From contig JBELHW010000007.1 of the NCBI GenBank assembly GCA_042091225.1, positions 1 through 59,151 on the forward strand: a DNA stretch of 59,151 bases, in the 5' to 3' direction. Below the pieces are notes generated by a model. That model saw only the letters and a program-made list of their open reading frames with translations, ran no database searches and had not been told where the DNA came from. How positions within the stretch are numbered: position 1 is the stretch's first letter; each line of letters starts with the position of its first letter. The translations under genes and the position numbers were made by a program. This DNA is from Cryomorphaceae bacterium (GTDB taxonomy: Bacteria > Bacteroidota > Bacteroidia > Flavobacteriales > UBA7312). This document shows positions 56,926 to 59,151 of this stretch, one piece after another.

Positions 56926-57567
56926 TTCCGGATAAAATAATTCAAAATCTCGTTTATAAATTTTCTTAATAACTTGTAAAGAAGAGTCACTAATTTTTAT
57001 TTTTTCTCTTTTTCCTTTATTAAGGTGAGATAAAGTAGCTTCCTTTTTATTTAAAAGCTTTTTTAGAGTAATAAAATCTGTTTCTATATTTTCTAGTTTA
57101 CCGACAAAATCCACAACAACCTTACTTTTTTTATCAGTAACAAATAAATATTGTGGTTGAAAGTGTACCCAGTTAATTATTTCTTTTTTATGTAAGCCAT
57201 TTTTTACAAAATCTTCAAATGATGAAAAAGAACTTAAGTGATCCTGATTAAATTTTTCATCTTGCTTATTAATTCCTCCATTTTTTAAAAAAGAATATGC
57301 CGAGTAAAGTCGATTTATAGGATTTCTAACAAAACAAAACTTAAAATAATTTTCAAACTTTTTCTTTCCAAAAATAAACTTGTAATAAAAAACGTCTCTA
57401 TGTCCCCATTCTTGTTTTTCGAACAAGCTTTCATAAATGGAATTGCCCCCTGTTTTAGGAATATGAAAAAAGATAGCTTTATGGTTATCAAAAGTTTTTA
57501 AAGGATGACTTCCTTTAGCTTTCAACAACTTTTTTTGATTTAATAAATAAAACAATCTACTTATCAT
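56911..57567 (-). CDS. Sulfotransferase family 2 protein
   Basis: 5'-PSB 'FFHIPKTGGNSI', 3'-PB 'FVRNPINRLYSAY', 'HFQPQ', 'IYKRDFELF'. Confidence 0.9.
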   Translation of the reverse strand: MISRLFYLLNQKKLLKAKGSHPLKTFDNHKAIFFHIPKTGGNSIYESLFEKQEWGHRDVFYYKFIFGKKKFENYFKFCFVRNPINRLYSAYSFLKNGGINKQDEKFNQDHLSSFSSFEDFVKNGLHKKEIINWVHFQPQYLFVTDKKSKVVVDFVGKLENIETDFITLKKLLNKKEATLSHLNKGKREKIKISDSSLQVIKKIYKRDFELFYPELLAS

Positions 57568-59035
57568 TCTGTAATAACTCTATTAATTGAGGCACCTCTT
57601 TTTTACCCAACACAATATACCAAAGAAATAAATAGCCAATATAAAAAGCGCCAACAATTAAAACTAAATCAAGTATGCTTAAGTTTTTAAAAACAAAAAA
57701 GAAAAAACAAGCGACAAAAATAATGGCGTATAAAAACAAGGTTTTTAAATAATTAATATCAAGAATGTGTATTTTATTCTTTCTATAAAGAACAATCGAA
57801 CCCCATAAATTATATATTAAGTTTTTCAAAATATAACTAAACCCCATGCCAATTATGCCAAATGACTCTATAAAAAAATAAGAAGAAATAAATGCAATTA
57901 CAGAGGAAACAACAGAAATATTTCTAATTTTCTTATCATATCCCATCATCTTTAAAGTAGAGCCAACAACCCCGAACGAAACGTTTATAAGTTCACCCAA
58001 AACAACCAACACTAATAAATAATAGCCAACAGTGAAATCGTCCCCAAAAATTTGTAAAACATTTTTAGAGTAAAGTAATAAAAAAGCTATTAAAGGAAAA
58101 CTAAAAATAAAAACATATTTAGCGCTAAGCCTATAGTAGAATGATAAGTTATTCAAATCGTTTTCTTCGTAAAACTGGGAAATTATAGGAGACAATATAG
58201 AGTTTACAGAAATTAAAATAGTTGGGATAAATGCCACAACACTCAAAACAATGGAATATATTCCTAACTCACTAGCACTCAAAAAGTAAACCAACATTAT
58301 TTTTTCTCCGTGATTTTGTAAAACGCCTAAAACTTCGATAATTAACATGTTACCTGCGTACTTTTTTTCTTCATTATTGAATCTTTTTATTTTGTTTTGA
58401 AAAAAAGAAATTCCACTGGGAAGTAATTTTTTTACAACAAAAAAGAATAAAATAAGAGCTAAAAGACTAGATAATAGTTCAGCAAAAATATAGCCATGAA
58501 GGTTGTAGTTATAAATAAGAGCTACTGTAATTACAATTTTAAATGGAAACCTGATAAAATGATGAATTATTGTACTCTTTTTAACTTCCTGAAATCCTCG
58601 AGTTATCTGATCACCAATACTTAAAAAGCTATTGATAATAAAAAAGACACCAAGCAAAGGAAGATACTGTCCTAGCTTTTCTGAAAATAAAAGGTTTTTG
58701 GCAATAAAATCAGGAAATAAAAAAAAGACTGGAGCCAATAAAGCCAGCATCAATAAATTAATCTTTAGAGTATTTTTTAAATAAAAAAACAAACGAGAAT
58801 AATTATTAGTAGCAGTATATTTAGAAACAAAACGTACTAAGCTATTGCCGTAACCCCAGCTTAAAAAAATCGACGCAATAGTAACAAAAGACATTCCTAA
58901 GGCAAATAAGCCAAGACCTTCCGCGCCTAGTCGAGAGGAAATAAAAATTTTGAAAAAGAAACCAAGCAGAACAGAAAATATTGTTCCAACAAAATAAATA
59001 GCCGATTGACTAATAATTTTTTTAAGCATTGGCAT
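57557..59035 (-). CDS. Wzx-type oligosaccharide flippase
   Basis: Many TM helices, 'SRLGAEGLGLF', 'ELGIYS'; start reassigned to 59035 (or 59029) because the tracked start overlaps tRNA-Asn and its terminator. Confidence 0.85.
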   Translation of the reverse strand: MPMLKKIISQSAIYFVGTIFSVLLGFFFKIFISSRLGAEGLGLFALGMSFVTIASIFLSWGYGNSLVRFVSKYTATNNYSRLFFYLKNTLKINLLMLALLAPVFFLFPDFIAKNLLFSEKLGQYLPLLGVFFIINSFLSIGDQITRGFQEVKKSTIIHHFIRFPFKIVITVALIYNYNLHGYIFAELLSSLLALILFFFVVKKLLPSGISFFQNKIKRFNNEEKKYAGNMLIIEVLGVLQNHGEKIMLVYFLSASELGIYSIVLSVVAFIPTILISVNSILSPIISQFYEENDLNNLSFYYRLSAKYVFIFSFPLIAFLLLYSKNVLQIFGDDFTVGYYLLVLVVLGELINVSFGVVGSTLKMMGYDKKIRNISVVSSVIAFISSYFFIESFGIIGMGFSYILKNLIYNLWGSIVLYRKNKIHILDINYLKTLFLYAIIFVACFFFFVFKNLSILDLVLIVGAFYIGYLFLWYIVLGKKEVPQLIELLQNDK

Positions 59036-59058
59036 TCTGTTTTTAGAATAATAAATAT

Positions 59059-59093
59059 AAAAAAAGAGACTGCTAAAAGCAATCTCTTTTTTT
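59059..59093 (-). terminator. Intrinsic terminator downstream of tRNA-Asn
   Basis: - strand AAAAAAAGAGATTGCT-ttt-AGCAGTCTCTTTTTTT (one G-U pair) ending in a U-run. Confidence 0.85.
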
Positions 59094-59095
59094 AG

Positions 59096-59151
59096 TGGCT
59101 CCCCCTCTTGGACTCGAACCAAGGACCCTCTGATTAACAGTCAGATGCTCT
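59096..59151 (-). tRNA. tRNA-Asn (GUU), 5' end outside the window
   Basis: Reverse complement AGAGCATCTGACTGTTAATCAGAGGGTCCTTGGTTCGAGTCCAAGAGGGGGAGCCA; anticodon GTT, encoded CCA. Confidence 0.93.

Noticed and set aside
59036-59122. N-terminal extension of the flippase in the ORF track
   Set aside because: It runs through tRNA-Asn and its terminator

Overview
A 59 kb, gene-dense, low-GC chromosomal segment of a Bacteroidota organism, most likely a marine Flavobacteriales. The assignment rests on TAnnTTTG -7 promoter boxes, the T9SS components PorZ and PorW/SprE, several T9SS C-terminal sorting domains and a Bacteroidota-type atpB-E-F-H-A-G operon. The window appears to span the origin region: a near-consensus parS lies directly after mnmG (10687-10702), and an AT-rich oriC candidate with tandem DnaA-like boxes, DnaA-trios and an IHF site lies between rpiB and rnr (54099-54557). 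Most genes are housekeeping: gltX, folB, ybeY, mnmG, msrA, recO, gatA, tatA, dut, ATP synthase, dxr, rseP, rpiB, rnr and tRNA-Cys, -Arg and -Asn. Two real genes are missing from the ORF track: a GEVED/SprB-repeat adhesin (<2-2836) and tatA. The most interesting content is a set of uncharacterised, apparently exported copper/redox proteins. (i) A lysyl-oxidase-family protein keeps its Cu-His motif and LTQ Lys/Tyr and carries a T9SS sorting domain; it lies downstream of an ALDH7-type (allysine/P6C) dehydrogenase and a cytochrome c / DUF5777 beta-barrel / cytochrome c lipoprotein triad. (ii) An MbnP-like WxW protein is fused to a T9SS sorting domain and paired with an MbnH-like diheme peroxidase. 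There is also a zincless-finger Nei-type glycosylase resembling giant-virus/NEIL1 enzymes. No CRISPR array, prophage, IS element or rRNA was seen. All family assignments are by motif recognition; no database search was run.
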